64,000 bases of DNA from an uncultured Methanosarcinales archaeon. Lineage in GTDB: Archaea; Nanobdellota; Nanobdellia; Woesearchaeales; GW2011-AR9. The notes under the pieces were generated by a model. It was not told the origin of the DNA, ran no database searches, and was given only the letters and a program-made list of their open reading frames with translations. The first letter of the stretch is position 1. Every line of letters starts with the position of its first letter. Positions 7,201-15,787 of this stretch are shown here, in pieces. The stretch spans positions 9,284 to 73,283 of the forward strand of contig CAZEAB010000004.1 in NCBI GenBank assembly GCA_964510085.1. The letters are read 5' to 3'. A program made the position numbers and the translations under genes.

Positions 7201-9722
7201 CGTGGATGTATAGACAAGAAAAAGTATACAAGGAAAGTAACGGCGATAAAGGAACGTATTACCCTGAATGGAGATATTATGGTGGAAGAGATTTCACAGC
7301 AGCATTCGGACTAAATCATGTAGCAGATCTTGTTGGAGAAAAAACAAACGCAAGAATAAACCCACGAGATTATGTTGGTGCATGGCAAACAATGTGTCTT
7401 CCACGAATTAACAACCAACTTACTGTAGCGCAAAGTGTGTTAACACAATTTCAAAACTGCGTAATACAAGCACAGAATTCAGAATTTCAAGATGCAGGTA
7501 TATGTAAAACATTCTTTGCAACAAACGTCTGTGGATGGTTATACAAGGGTATTTCCGCATTTACAAACCAATGTTCTCCATTTACATTTGATGACGTTGA
7601 AGGATTTGAAGAATTAGGTGACGGAGGAATTTCTGCATTTTCAAGAGCATTTAAGCAGGGAGTTCCTGAAGCACTAACAAGTAGCGTGAATGAATTAAAA
7701 GATGATTATGGAGCTCATGCACAAGAACAATTTAAAGTAGGAACACAAGGAGTTGCACAATCAATGTGTCTCTTCGCATTTGGTTACGATTTCCCAACAG
7801 ATTTTGATTTCATTACAGATGCAGCATATTCAACTCCAATGAAAACATCTGTGTCACCATTAATTGCAAACAGAGAATTTACTTCATTTGATCCAATAAG
7901 AGGGGTTCCAGAATTTACATATAATCTAGGAACTCTTGTAATACCAGGATGTCCTTTACGAGGATATAAAAGCTCTTTTGTCTGTATAGGAACAAACGAT
8001 TTAGGAAAACCAGGTATAGATCAAAGCTGTAGTGGACAGGGATGTGATTGTTTACAAGCATCAAATCAGAACTCTCCATTTGAAGCAGAGAAAACAAAAG
8101 TTATTCCAAGTGGAACAAAGAATGGAGTATTCCCACAATTTCAAGCAATTGATATTCCATATAAGAACCCGTTACAAGTTGAAAGCAATTTCAGATATGA
8201 CCACGTTAAATTAGAACTATACCTCGAATCTGGTGTTGACCCTAAAGAATGTTTTGATGAATCTGTTGCAACAAATGTCGGTGGAGAGATATACTTCCCA
8301 CTTTCGCATGTGGAAGGAAGAGAATTCGCACAATGTCAAGTACATGGGTCAACAGGGAGATATATCTGTCCTGCATTAAGTCAAATCTTCCAGCAAGGTG
8401 GCGCGTTCTTAGAACATCCATTTGTACAATGTTATGATAAGAGGGAAGATGAATTTGTAGATTGTCAACAACCAAATGTAATCCTTGTTGATGAAGAAAT
8501 AGTTGTGAAACCATATCTCTCAGCAATACAATCAGATTCTTGTTTAGTAATATCAGATAATAAAGGAAATGTAAAACATAACATCCTACTCCCTCAAAGT
8601 CCTGTACCAATCGCTCCTAGAATTAGTTTAGGAAAAGCAACCGCAAACTTACTTACTGGAGGACAAGTAGGAACTATAAGGAAAGTAGATTCACAAAGCG
8701 TGAGTGGCTGTGGAGGAAATGGAGGCCAAATAAATCAAATTGGATTCTCACAAACTTCAACAAAATCAAGAACGATGCCATTTGAATTTACAAGAATAAG
8801 TGGCAAATACCAATTACAAGTTCCTCATGGTATTACAGTAATACCAGGAACAGATAGTTTTGATATTAATACTAACAGATATTTAACAAAGAAAGGTGAG
8901 ATTACACTGTCTACGTCAGATGTTAACAAAGCAACATTTAGTGTTGATGGATATAGATTTAATCAAGTTCTTGGAACACCTTCACAATCTCATGGGAAAT
9001 GTGTTTATAGGACAGTTCCTTCTTATGGGGGGAAGATAAGTAAGGTTGGTGTTGGCTCAACCAGAATAAAGATTGAATTGAAACAACCAGGACCAGGAAA
9101 TAGTTGTTGGAAATCAACAAAACTTGTTGATAAAAATCCTCTTGGAAAGAACGTACATTCACAATCAATCAGGATTCAATCAGCGAAAATGGAATCTCAA
9201 TCGGTAATAACATTACATCAAGATTTCATGAATGGCAATTATCATCTCGTTGCATCAAAAGCACAAGATATTATTAAACAAGAAGAAAGTACAATGGAAG
9301 ATGCACTTGCATTATATTATTGGAGTGCAAGTTTAGTGATGCAAGGTATTGGAAATCATAACTCAGAAATTGTAAGTTTATTGAAGATATTCTTTAAACG
9401 AGAATTACAGGGGAAGAAATTATCAAATTATCCTCAAGGAGTTGTTGGTTTTGATGAGTATAAGAAAATTAGAACATATCTTTGTTTAGTAGATCAACAA
9501 GTCGGTTCACAGAATCAAAATCTATGTAAAGGCGTTGTGAGTTCTGGAACCCTATGTGCAAGTTCAACTGGATTAAAACCAGGATTCAAAAAACCAACAG
9601 GATGGAATTCATATGCATGTAAAGATTCAAAAGCGAAGGGATGTTTAGCATATACGCAATATGTTCCAAAAGGTGTAACAGGGAGGGGTTGTCCAAGTAG
9701 TCAACTATGTTGTCCAACATGA
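4263..9722 (+). CDS. giant secreted cysteine-rich protein (1819 aa; FN3-like and Ig-like N-terminal region)
   Basis: Sec-type signal MSNIRKISVLLVILLFVNLPLVSA, then an FN3-like segment (SAVISWQTDEPADSFVRYG...TTYVYEV) and Ig-like repeats. There are no Cys in the first ~415 aa and roughly 50 Cys (hand count) in the remaining ~1400 aa, ending CPSSQLCCPT. I recognise no catalytic motif. Confidence 0.7.
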   Translation: MSNIRKISVLLVILLFVNLPLVSALQFSGVDAKVTENSAVISWQTDEPADSFVRYGTDKTQMTPIGDSAEVTSHSLSITGLQPETTYVYEVESNNEIDNNNGSLYSFTTPTPDTTPPTLDVNISTKIKGTTLEATGTTEAGIEVIVLLGTVEVKRITTDETGTFSVKFTIAPDVLNPVTFIAKDPSGNTVSKSYSVLSDTTRPKITLQKLPDIIGDKQFSLNGTISENSSIEVLLNNKSIHSSIGTSFEAKLNVNEGTNNLVVTATDSAGWVTSLTKKLNSDTEAPTVKFDVSKGTEYYEFQAESSITGTTEPGATVYLYVFVPQTQETRLRFDRALQKVTANSEGKFIFEEVDFSGLGTSTIDTLSPTHLPPGLEGIILPKLDRIQQAQRVNYRVYVLAEDKSGKVGHATKTVYVNSCSSGDYAFDVFVPPQFPVQPLKLNPLLMKEGRESMSVVYNLTYRGAALPTINTNTGDTENPYRISNVKFEKACTKANADKDDFNIGCKLAPRLLNGKSIKSDKTMWFLETPLLRTEDFSEITDDVLTEFTKRQLKIPLKIVVNYQERNVDGSWQAKTQVECREIGSFVDIPIDSSLLVPDSLAEYTVSATNETLHQINRVKKILDPLVKWTGVSCYGSWLTKGVLKINRVVASWYESFTQKGSKDKPACPTPSKQREMYLKSTLDDWKKLQSKHPNAAASIPIDFNNAEELKKKTLDEACPSTAAAWEREAFFDKLYKTTCDRFFCRSSPSRWTETETEEDVKKVVLDQQQCAASSNCITMTPVENCQNELKKNPAAGEIVRVRQEKGSFTCWRDREGTLYYHCTENDADVECKKRAESLEEKGVWILKPVLSIGKSKPKILALKGELNNVACVAQDRKCSSVCKRKQGYVSSKSGFKQSGTKYVAGGSCYKENAQGKLEGVNGVKTHASAFTAGYTQDCFIAEDTGDKYQCVCEQDQDILKKQSKKGSREALRMEKDVAEPWMYRQEKVYKESNGDKGTYYPEWRYYGGRDFTAAFGLNHVADLVGEKTNARINPRDYVGAWQTMCLPRINNQLTVAQSVLTQFQNCVIQAQNSEFQDAGICKTFFATNVCGWLYKGISAFTNQCSPFTFDDVEGFEELGDGGISAFSRAFKQGVPEALTSSVNELKDDYGAHAQEQFKVGTQGVAQSMCLFAFGYDFPTDFDFITDAAYSTPMKTSVSPLIANREFTSFDPIRGVPEFTYNLGTLVIPGCPLRGYKSSFVCIGTNDLGKPGIDQSCSGQGCDCLQASNQNSPFEAEKTKVIPSGTKNGVFPQFQAIDIPYKNPLQVESNFRYDHVKLELYLESGVDPKECFDESVATNVGGEIYFPLSHVEGREFAQCQVHGSTGRYICPALSQIFQQGGAFLEHPFVQCYDKREDEFVDCQQPNVILVDEEIVVKPYLSAIQSDSCLVISDNKGNVKHNILLPQSPVPIAPRISLGKATANLLTGGQVGTIRKVDSQSVSGCGGNGGQINQIGFSQTSTKSRTMPFEFTRISGKYQLQVPHGITVIPGTDSFDINTNRYLTKKGEITLSTSDVNKATFSVDGYRFNQVLGTPSQSHGKCVYRTVPSYGGKISKVGVGSTRIKIELKQPGPGNSCWKSTKLVDKNPLGKNVHSQSIRIQSAKMESQSVITLHQDFMNGNYHLVASKAQDIIKQEESTMEDALALYYWSASLVMQGIGNHNSEIVSLLKIFFKRELQGKKLSNYPQGVVGFDEYKKIRTYLCLVDQQVGSQNQNLCKGVVSSGTLCASSTGLKPGFKKPTGWNSYACKDSKAKGCLAYTQYVPKGVTGRGCPSSQLCCPT

Positions 9723-10243
9723 AACAAGCAAGTGTAATGGTAAAATTAGTAGTATTCTTGATTGTTATAGTGGTAACAAGTTCAATTGTGTTGTTATTAG
9801 TTCGCACAGGAGTAGTAGATCCAACGGGAGAACAACAAGATGTATTAAATGTTGATTTTATTCCTATTGCAACTGGTTCGTTGAGTATTCGTAGCGTTTC
9901 ATTATGTGGTTCACTAATTGAGTTTGAATGTCTTGAAACAGAAGAGTTTTCAGTTGGACAAAAGGTTAATGTGTTGTTCTTAGTTGAGACAGATGTAGAT
10001 GCTGGCAGAGTGTTGTTAATTAGAAGTTATACGGTTAAAGATTCAGCTGGAAATGTTGTATTTGCATCTTCAGGAAATAATAATGTAGTCTTTGAAGAAA
10101 CAAGTGAAAAATCAGTAGAATTAATTGGCTTTTCAGATTCATTTACTCCAGGCGGAGTTGGTGAGTTTGTATTGGAAGCTATTGTTGAAAATCCAATCTT
10201 GGGAAAGAAAGTATCTGCAAGTAAGAGGTTTGTGATAGGATGA
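9707..10243 (+). CDS. single-pass membrane protein with beta-rich ectodomain
   Basis: N-terminal TM KLVVFLIVIVVTSSIVLLLV. The likely true start is ATG 9719, which forms an ATGA overlap with the upstream stop at 9720-9722. Its own stop overlaps the next start at 10240-10243. Confidence 0.5.
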   Translation: MLSNMKQASVMVKLVVFLIVIVVTSSIVLLLVRTGVVDPTGEQQDVLNVDFIPIATGSLSIRSVSLCGSLIEFECLETEEFSVGQKVNVLFLVETDVDAGRVLLIRSYTVKDSAGNVVFASSGNNNVVFEETSEKSVELIGFSDSFTPGGVGEFVLEAIVENPILGKKVSASKRFVIG

Positions 10244-13200
10244 AATGGGCTGTGTTAGTGGTGATGTTAGTTCTTGCTAGTTCTATGGTTCTTGCTGAAT
10301 CTTTTGGTGGTCCTGGTGGAACAGAGTTTGTATTGGATTGTGGTGAAGGTTACTTAATTAATGGAATTGGTGGAAAAGAAGGAGCGTTAATAGATCAGTT
10401 ATTTGTCAATTGTATTAATCCGTTTAAAGATGAAGGTCAACGGAGAAGTATAAAAGAAGCAGGAGGAAAAGGTGGAGAAGATTTTGCATTTTTTTGTCAT
10501 GAAAGGAAATATGTTTCAAAAATCAATATGCACAAAGCAGGAGATTTTATTTCAGGATTACAAGCAGTATGTACTGATGGAACAAAATCAAAAATATTTG
10601 GAACGGAACAAAAAGGATTTGATTCTTTATTTTGTGATGCAAAGAATCCAGCTTTATCAACAATAGCTGGGAAAGCAGGAAATTTTTTAGATTCAATTAG
10701 TTTTGATAGATCTGTATGCCATATAATCCCAACAGCAGAAGATATTCTCAATGCGAAAATACCTCAAGAAGTAAGAAATGCCGAAGCTCCAATTGGGTTA
10801 CCAGAAATTGGAACAGAAACTCCTACAGAAGAAAATGGTGTGTTTACATGGAATAAAGAAGGAGTAGAGATTGTATATGATGGAAATAATATTGTATGGA
10901 AGAATTCTCTTGGAGAATGGGTTCTTGACATTAATTCTAAATCTAAAAGCTTTCAATCGACAACTCAATCAGTTAACTATTGGTCATTAGACAAAGTAAT
11001 TAATAGTGTTAACGTACCTTCCGGATTTCCAACACCGGATAGGAATGCAGATTGGAATATAGAGAAAGAAAGAAAACATATAAAAATTAATGTTGATGAA
11101 TGGGAAGTAACGTATTTTGTAGATGGAAGCAAGCAATGGAGGCGTGCAGATATAGCATACTCTGTATGGGCCGAGAGTAGCATTGGAAAATTCTTCCTTG
11201 GAAAACGTGAAGATTGGGGAGCATTAAAAGATACAGAAACAGGACCACCATTAGGTGTGCCAGGTTATTCAGGAAATCCAGCAAGTTCTATCTCCATATT
11301 TGATGGAGTATATGATTATTGGGATGTAAATGAATGGAGAATCTTTAAGAAACAAAACGAGAATGAATTTATATGGCAACGTGGTGGAAGGTGGTATTAT
11401 TATGATAATGGAAAACAAGTAAGCCAACCATATGCATCAGAATGGCCTTCTCCACATAGTTTCTCTCCTACATTTGAAACAAGTGGAAGTTCTTGGGTAT
11501 TAAGTAATAATGCTGCTAAGAAAATACAAGACCCATCACTTCAATGTGTTGGTAAATCTATTGGAATAACTGGAGCGTCAAATACCGTTGGTTCTCAAAG
11601 TTGGGCAAATAAACATTTACAAAAATTATGCGGTTCGAAATCAAAAATAAAAGTAAAAGCTACAGGTGGTTGGGGTCCTACAAAACAAAAAGCATTCTTA
11701 ACAAAAGATTTTCTTACACATAATAACGCCCCTTTAGATATTTTGGTAATTAATCCTTCCGGAAATTCTATTACTGGAGGCTCATGTAAAGATATGTACA
11801 AAGATCTAGATACAATGATTAACACCGCATTTGAAAATAATGTGAAGAAAGTTGCTGTAATGACTATTAGCCCTCGTTCAAACTGGCAGAAGAATTGTGT
11901 TGTAAAATATAATAACGGTTTACAAAAATTTATCACAGAGAATATTCAATCTTCACGAGCAGCAAAAGTACAGGTAATACATATTGAAAATGCGCTTATA
12001 ACTCCAGATAAACCAACCCATTGTGCATATTGTAACAAAGGGAATCAACGACATTGGAATTCAGAAGGACATTCACGAGTTGCAGCAGCAGTATATCAAA
12101 ACTTATTTGCTGCGCCAGGAGATTATACCCCAGAACAGATTACCAATTTACGTCGACAATTCGGATTAACATACTCACAGAAGGATGGTGCTGCTGTTTC
12201 AACACCATCTCCACCTATTTTTGACCAGAATTGTTTAGATTTGAATACATGTAAAGAAATTGATGAAGCATGGGGAAAATTATCTAAAGGACTTGGTGTA
12301 GGTGGAAAACCAGCTGAAAATGTATGGGTGAGAGATGCTGGCTGGAAGAAGTTTGAGGATGTGTATAGAAAAGTAACTGTTGAGAGTAGTAAAGGTTCTC
12401 AAAAAAGTCCAGTACCTGTATCAAATGCAATTGATATTTCCCATCATCAGGGTAAGATTGATTGGAAGAAGGTTAAAGCAGCAGGAATAGATTATGCATT
12501 CATTAAAGCATCTGAACATACAACATTTGTTGATAAAAGATTTAAAGAAAATGTAAAGAACGCACAAGCTGCAGGTGTTGAAGTTCTCGGATTATATCAT
12601 TTTGCACAACCAATGAAAAATAGTGCAGTAGAAGGAGCACAACATTTTGTAGAAACAACGAAGGGATACCTTGGAAATGGTATTAGGCCAGTATTAGATG
12701 TGGAAGCAGGAAAAGAATTAGGGAAGAAAGGCGTTTCAGATTGGGTTCTTACGTGGTTACAACATGTTGAAAAGAAAACAGGTCAGAAACCAATAATATA
12801 TGGAGGCAATTACGCTCGTAATTATATGGATGAGAGAATCGTCGATAAATATGATTTGTGGTATGCAAGTTGGACACATAATCCTAACAAAAAGCCAAGA
12901 AGTCCGAGTCCATGGAGTGGATATAAATACTGGCAATATAGTGATAGGGGAAGTGTAGATGGTATTTCTGGAGATGTAGATTTAGATGTTGTAAAAGTAA
13001 CATCTGGTCTTATTGCAGGAATTACAGATGAACAGATAGAGGCACATCAACCTAAAGTTATAGAAGAGAAAGTTGTTAAATATGATACGTTTGAAGTAAA
13101 AACAACATTTAGAGGATTCTTAGATGGAAGTTCTGGAAATGATAGACAAGAATACAAATATTTTATCTTACATGATGGTTCTGCAAATAAAATCCCAGAA

Positions 13201-13707
13201 TGTAATCTTGCAGTTGCAAAAACCGTTGGGTTATGGAAAGCTCGTGCAGTACTTCAAAATTCAAAAGTATCTTCTCATTATTACATATGTCATGACGGAA
13301 CAATTCACCAAATATTAGCAGATCAACGTGTAGGATATCATGCTGGCTGTCCATATAAAGGAAGTCCAAAAGAGTTATGTCCAATCTCTAATGTTAATAG
13401 AAGGTCAATTGGAATAGATTTCCAGAACTATGGTGGAGCAGTGAACTCATATACTGGTTCTAAGTATACGCAAGCGCAATATGATGCAGCTAATAACTTA
13501 ATGGCCTTCCTTGGTAATCTTCACAATATCCCTGTAGATGATGAACATATTCTAGGACATTTTGAAGTTACCAAAACAGTAAAGACAGCAGCCCAATTAA
13601 ACAAAAATGACCCCTATCCTCCATTTGATTGGTCTAAGATCGCAGGATTGAAGTATGACCATCAGCAGAAGAATGGTCCTAAGATGGATCCATTAGTTAC
13701 AGGATAA
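10240..13707 (+). CDS. secreted multidomain peptidoglycan hydrolase (beta-prism lectin-like + SGNH esterase-like + GH25 muramidase + amidase_2)
   Basis: - Signal peptide MKWAVLVVMLVLASSMVLA.
- About 10297-10725: three GGxGGxxF...I.G..G..ID/IS repeats (jacalin-like beta-prism).
- About 11545-12100: SGNH-like blocks (GASNTVG, PSGNS, HWNSEGH).
- About 12424-12995: GH25 signature (DISHHQGKIDW...FIKASEH...AGVEVLGLYHF...DVE).
- About 13150-13635: amidase_2/AmpD-like (SSHYYICHDGTIHQ...GYHAG...SIGIDFQN...ILGHFEV...KNDPYPPFDW). Confidence 0.8.
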   Translation: MKWAVLVVMLVLASSMVLAESFGGPGGTEFVLDCGEGYLINGIGGKEGALIDQLFVNCINPFKDEGQRRSIKEAGGKGGEDFAFFCHERKYVSKINMHKAGDFISGLQAVCTDGTKSKIFGTEQKGFDSLFCDAKNPALSTIAGKAGNFLDSISFDRSVCHIIPTAEDILNAKIPQEVRNAEAPIGLPEIGTETPTEENGVFTWNKEGVEIVYDGNNIVWKNSLGEWVLDINSKSKSFQSTTQSVNYWSLDKVINSVNVPSGFPTPDRNADWNIEKERKHIKINVDEWEVTYFVDGSKQWRRADIAYSVWAESSIGKFFLGKREDWGALKDTETGPPLGVPGYSGNPASSISIFDGVYDYWDVNEWRIFKKQNENEFIWQRGGRWYYYDNGKQVSQPYASEWPSPHSFSPTFETSGSSWVLSNNAAKKIQDPSLQCVGKSIGITGASNTVGSQSWANKHLQKLCGSKSKIKVKATGGWGPTKQKAFLTKDFLTHNNAPLDILVINPSGNSITGGSCKDMYKDLDTMINTAFENNVKKVAVMTISPRSNWQKNCVVKYNNGLQKFITENIQSSRAAKVQVIHIENALITPDKPTHCAYCNKGNQRHWNSEGHSRVAAAVYQNLFAAPGDYTPEQITNLRRQFGLTYSQKDGAAVSTPSPPIFDQNCLDLNTCKEIDEAWGKLSKGLGVGGKPAENVWVRDAGWKKFEDVYRKVTVESSKGSQKSPVPVSNAIDISHHQGKIDWKKVKAAGIDYAFIKASEHTTFVDKRFKENVKNAQAAGVEVLGLYHFAQPMKNSAVEGAQHFVETTKGYLGNGIRPVLDVEAGKELGKKGVSDWVLTWLQHVEKKTGQKPIIYGGNYARNYMDERIVDKYDLWYASWTHNPNKKPRSPSPWSGYKYWQYSDRGSVDGISGDVDLDVVKVTSGLIAGITDEQIEAHQPKVIEEKVVKYDTFEVKTTFRGFLDGSSGNDRQEYKYFILHDGSANKIPECNLAVAKTVGLWKARAVLQNSKVSSHYYICHDGTIHQILADQRVGYHAGCPYKGSPKELCPISNVNRRSIGIDFQNYGGAVNSYTGSKYTQAQYDAANNLMAFLGNLHNIPVDDEHILGHFEVTKTVKTAAQLNKNDPYPPFDWSKIAGLKYDHQQKNGPKMDPLVTG

Positions 13708-13757
13708 ACATAAGATTTTTAAAGAAACCACATCTCTAGCCATATGGACACACATAT

Positions 13758-13885
13758 GGCCCCGTAGCATAGTCTGGTGGTGCGCACGACTGATATTGAC
13801 TATGCAGTTATCGTGAGGTCCGGAGTTCAAATATTAGCGTTTGATAATAATTTCGAACGTTAGTGAGAAAGTCTCCGCGGGGCCA
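13758..13885 (+). tRNA. tRNA-Ile(GAU) with two inferred introns (canonical 37/38, 14 nt; T-arm, 40 nt)
   Basis: Perfect 7-bp acceptor GGCCCCG (13758-13764) / CGGGGCC (13878-13884) with discriminator A13885. D arm is GCAU-AGUCUGGUG-GUGC. Anticodon stem is CACGA (13785-13789) / UCGUG (13811-13815), with loop CUGAUA + 14-nt insert (13796-13809) + A. Variable region is AGGUC. T stem CGGAG (13821-13825) and loop UUCAAAU are followed by a 40-nt insert (13833-13872) before CUCCG (13873-13877). A T-run follows. Confidence 0.7.
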
Positions 13886-13949
13886 CTTCTTTTTCTAATC
13901 CCCATAATAACAACGCATATAAACCTCAACAAAATCATTTAGTTGATAG

Positions 13950-14690
13950 ATGTTAAAACAAACGTTTCTACACATACCAGGAATATCTAAAGAAGTGGAG
14001 TCACATATTTGGCAAAATAATATTCTCAACTGGAATGAATTCCTCGAGTCCTCACATTCAATAAACTTACCTTCTTCAAAAGTGTTGAAAATTAGAGAAC
14101 ATATAGCACGATCTCATATAGCGCTCCAAAACAAAAACCATAACTTCTTTAGCTTACCAAGTAAAGAAGAATGGAGACTTTACAGAGAATTTAAAGATCA
14201 TTGTTGCTTCTTAGATATTGAAACAACTGGATTAAGTCGGCATTATAATCACATTACCACCATTGGAGTTTATGATGGAGAAAAAAGTCGTATATTTGTC
14301 AAAGACCAAGATTTACATGAATTTGCACAAGAAATTGCAAAATATAAAGTAATAGTGACATTCAATGGAAAATGTTTTGACTTACCTTTCCTTCGAGAGA
14401 CGTTTCCAGAAATTAACTTTAACCACATTCACCTCGATTTACGATATATCATGCGTGATCTTGGTTTTTCTGGTGGGTTAAAGAGGATAGAGAGAGAAGT
14501 TGGTATTACACGAGATAATCATCTAGCTGAAGTTGATGGTTTTGAAGCAGTACGCTTATGGAGGCGCTATAAAAGTGGTGACAAACAAGCGTTACAACTC
14601 CTAAAACAATATAATGAAGCAGATGTAGTTAATCTGAAAACCCTTATGGAATTCTCTTATGACAAATTAAAAGAGAGAACTTTATTCTAA
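13950..14690 (+). CDS. RNase H-like / 3'-5' exonuclease superfamily protein (YprB-like)
   Basis: Contains CCFLDIETTGL (Exo I-like DxE) and VTFNGKCFDLPFL (Exo II-like). TATA-like CATATAAACC lies about 25 nt upstream. Confidence 0.55.
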   Translation: MLKQTFLHIPGISKEVESHIWQNNILNWNEFLESSHSINLPSSKVLKIREHIARSHIALQNKNHNFFSLPSKEEWRLYREFKDHCCFLDIETTGLSRHYNHITTIGVYDGEKSRIFVKDQDLHEFAQEIAKYKVIVTFNGKCFDLPFLRETFPEINFNHIHLDLRYIMRDLGFSGGLKRIEREVGITRDNHLAEVDGFEAVRLWRRYKSGDKQALQLLKQYNEADVVNLKTLMEFSYDKLKERTLF

Positions 14691-14753
14691 CATATCCACT
14701 CAACTATATATTCCACTCTGTATAAATGTTTAAATACGAGTTGCCATTCTAGA

Positions 14754-15770
14754 ATGCTAACACAGGGGGTGTGGTTTACTATGAATAAATATATAATTAC
14801 AATTTTGGCTTTAGCATTAATTTTAGTAGGATGTACTGAATATCAGAAGTACGATGCAACAGAAGAAGATTTAAGTTTAATTGATGAAATAGCAAAAATA
14901 GAAGATGAATTAGCGAATACAGATAATCCTGATTTTGAATTATTAGAAGAAGTAGAAGAAACAGTTGAAGAAGAAGTTGTTCTACCAAATCCGAAAGAAG
15001 AACAAGTTCTTATGGAAGATGCGTTAACCGTTTCAGTAAAAGAAAATGAAGCAGTGAAATTAAATGTAAAAGTAACAGATCCGGATGAAGACCCAGTAAC
15101 CTATACATTTACCGCACCATTAGATGAAAATGGTGAATGGAAGACAAACTACGGAGATGCAGGCGAATATCTTGTTACAATCACAGCAACTGACGGAAAA
15201 TTAACTACAGAAAAGAGAGTCAACATTGTAGTTGAAAGAGTTAATGTACCTCCAGTAATTGCAGAAGTAGCAGATATTGTCGTTAAAGAAGGAGAAACAG
15301 TTACATTTGAACCTACTGTAACAGATCCAAACAACGACGCAGTATCAGTAAATGTCGCAGAACCTCTTACAAGCGGCACATTTGTTACAGATCATACCAG
15401 TGCAGGTGAATATGCAATAACAGTACTTGCAACAGACGGCGAGTTAGATTCAGAAAAATCATTCAAACTAACTGTGCATGACGTAAATGAAAAACCAATC
15501 ATTACCGGTGTTGAAGATATCACCATAAAAGAAGGTGAAGTAATTACTATTAAACCAGTAGTCTCAGATTTAGATGAAGACCCATTAGTAATTACAATAA
15601 GTCAACCAGTTGGAGATGACGGAATTTGGGAAACGTCTTACACTGACCATGGTGAGTATAAGATTAGCATCGCTGCAGACGATGGCAAAGACAGAGTTAC
15701 TCAACAAATTACTGTAGTAATTGAAGATGTGAACAAAGCTCCAGAAATTGTGGACATAAGTCTACAATAA
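14754..15770 (+). CDS. surface lipoprotein with cadherin-like/Ig-like repeats
   Basis: The start is probably ATG 14781, preceded by the SD-like GGGGGTG, which gives MNKYIITILALALILVGC (lipobox-like). After an acidic linker come three ~85-aa repeats of the type V(K/T)EGE.V...P.V.DPD.D...Y....PL...G.W.T.Y.DAGEY.V...A.DG with VN.PP(V/I)I linkers. Confidence 0.65.
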   Translation: MLTQGVWFTMNKYIITILALALILVGCTEYQKYDATEEDLSLIDEIAKIEDELANTDNPDFELLEEVEETVEEEVVLPNPKEEQVLMEDALTVSVKENEAVKLNVKVTDPDEDPVTYTFTAPLDENGEWKTNYGDAGEYLVTITATDGKLTTEKRVNIVVERVNVPPVIAEVADIVVKEGETVTFEPTVTDPNNDAVSVNVAEPLTSGTFVTDHTSAGEYAITVLATDGELDSEKSFKLTVHDVNEKPIITGVEDITIKEGEVITIKPVVSDLDEDPLVITISQPVGDDGIWETSYTDHGEYKISIAADDGKDRVTQQITVVIEDVNKAPEIVDISLQ

Positions 15771-15787
15771 TTTTTTTCTTTTTTACA

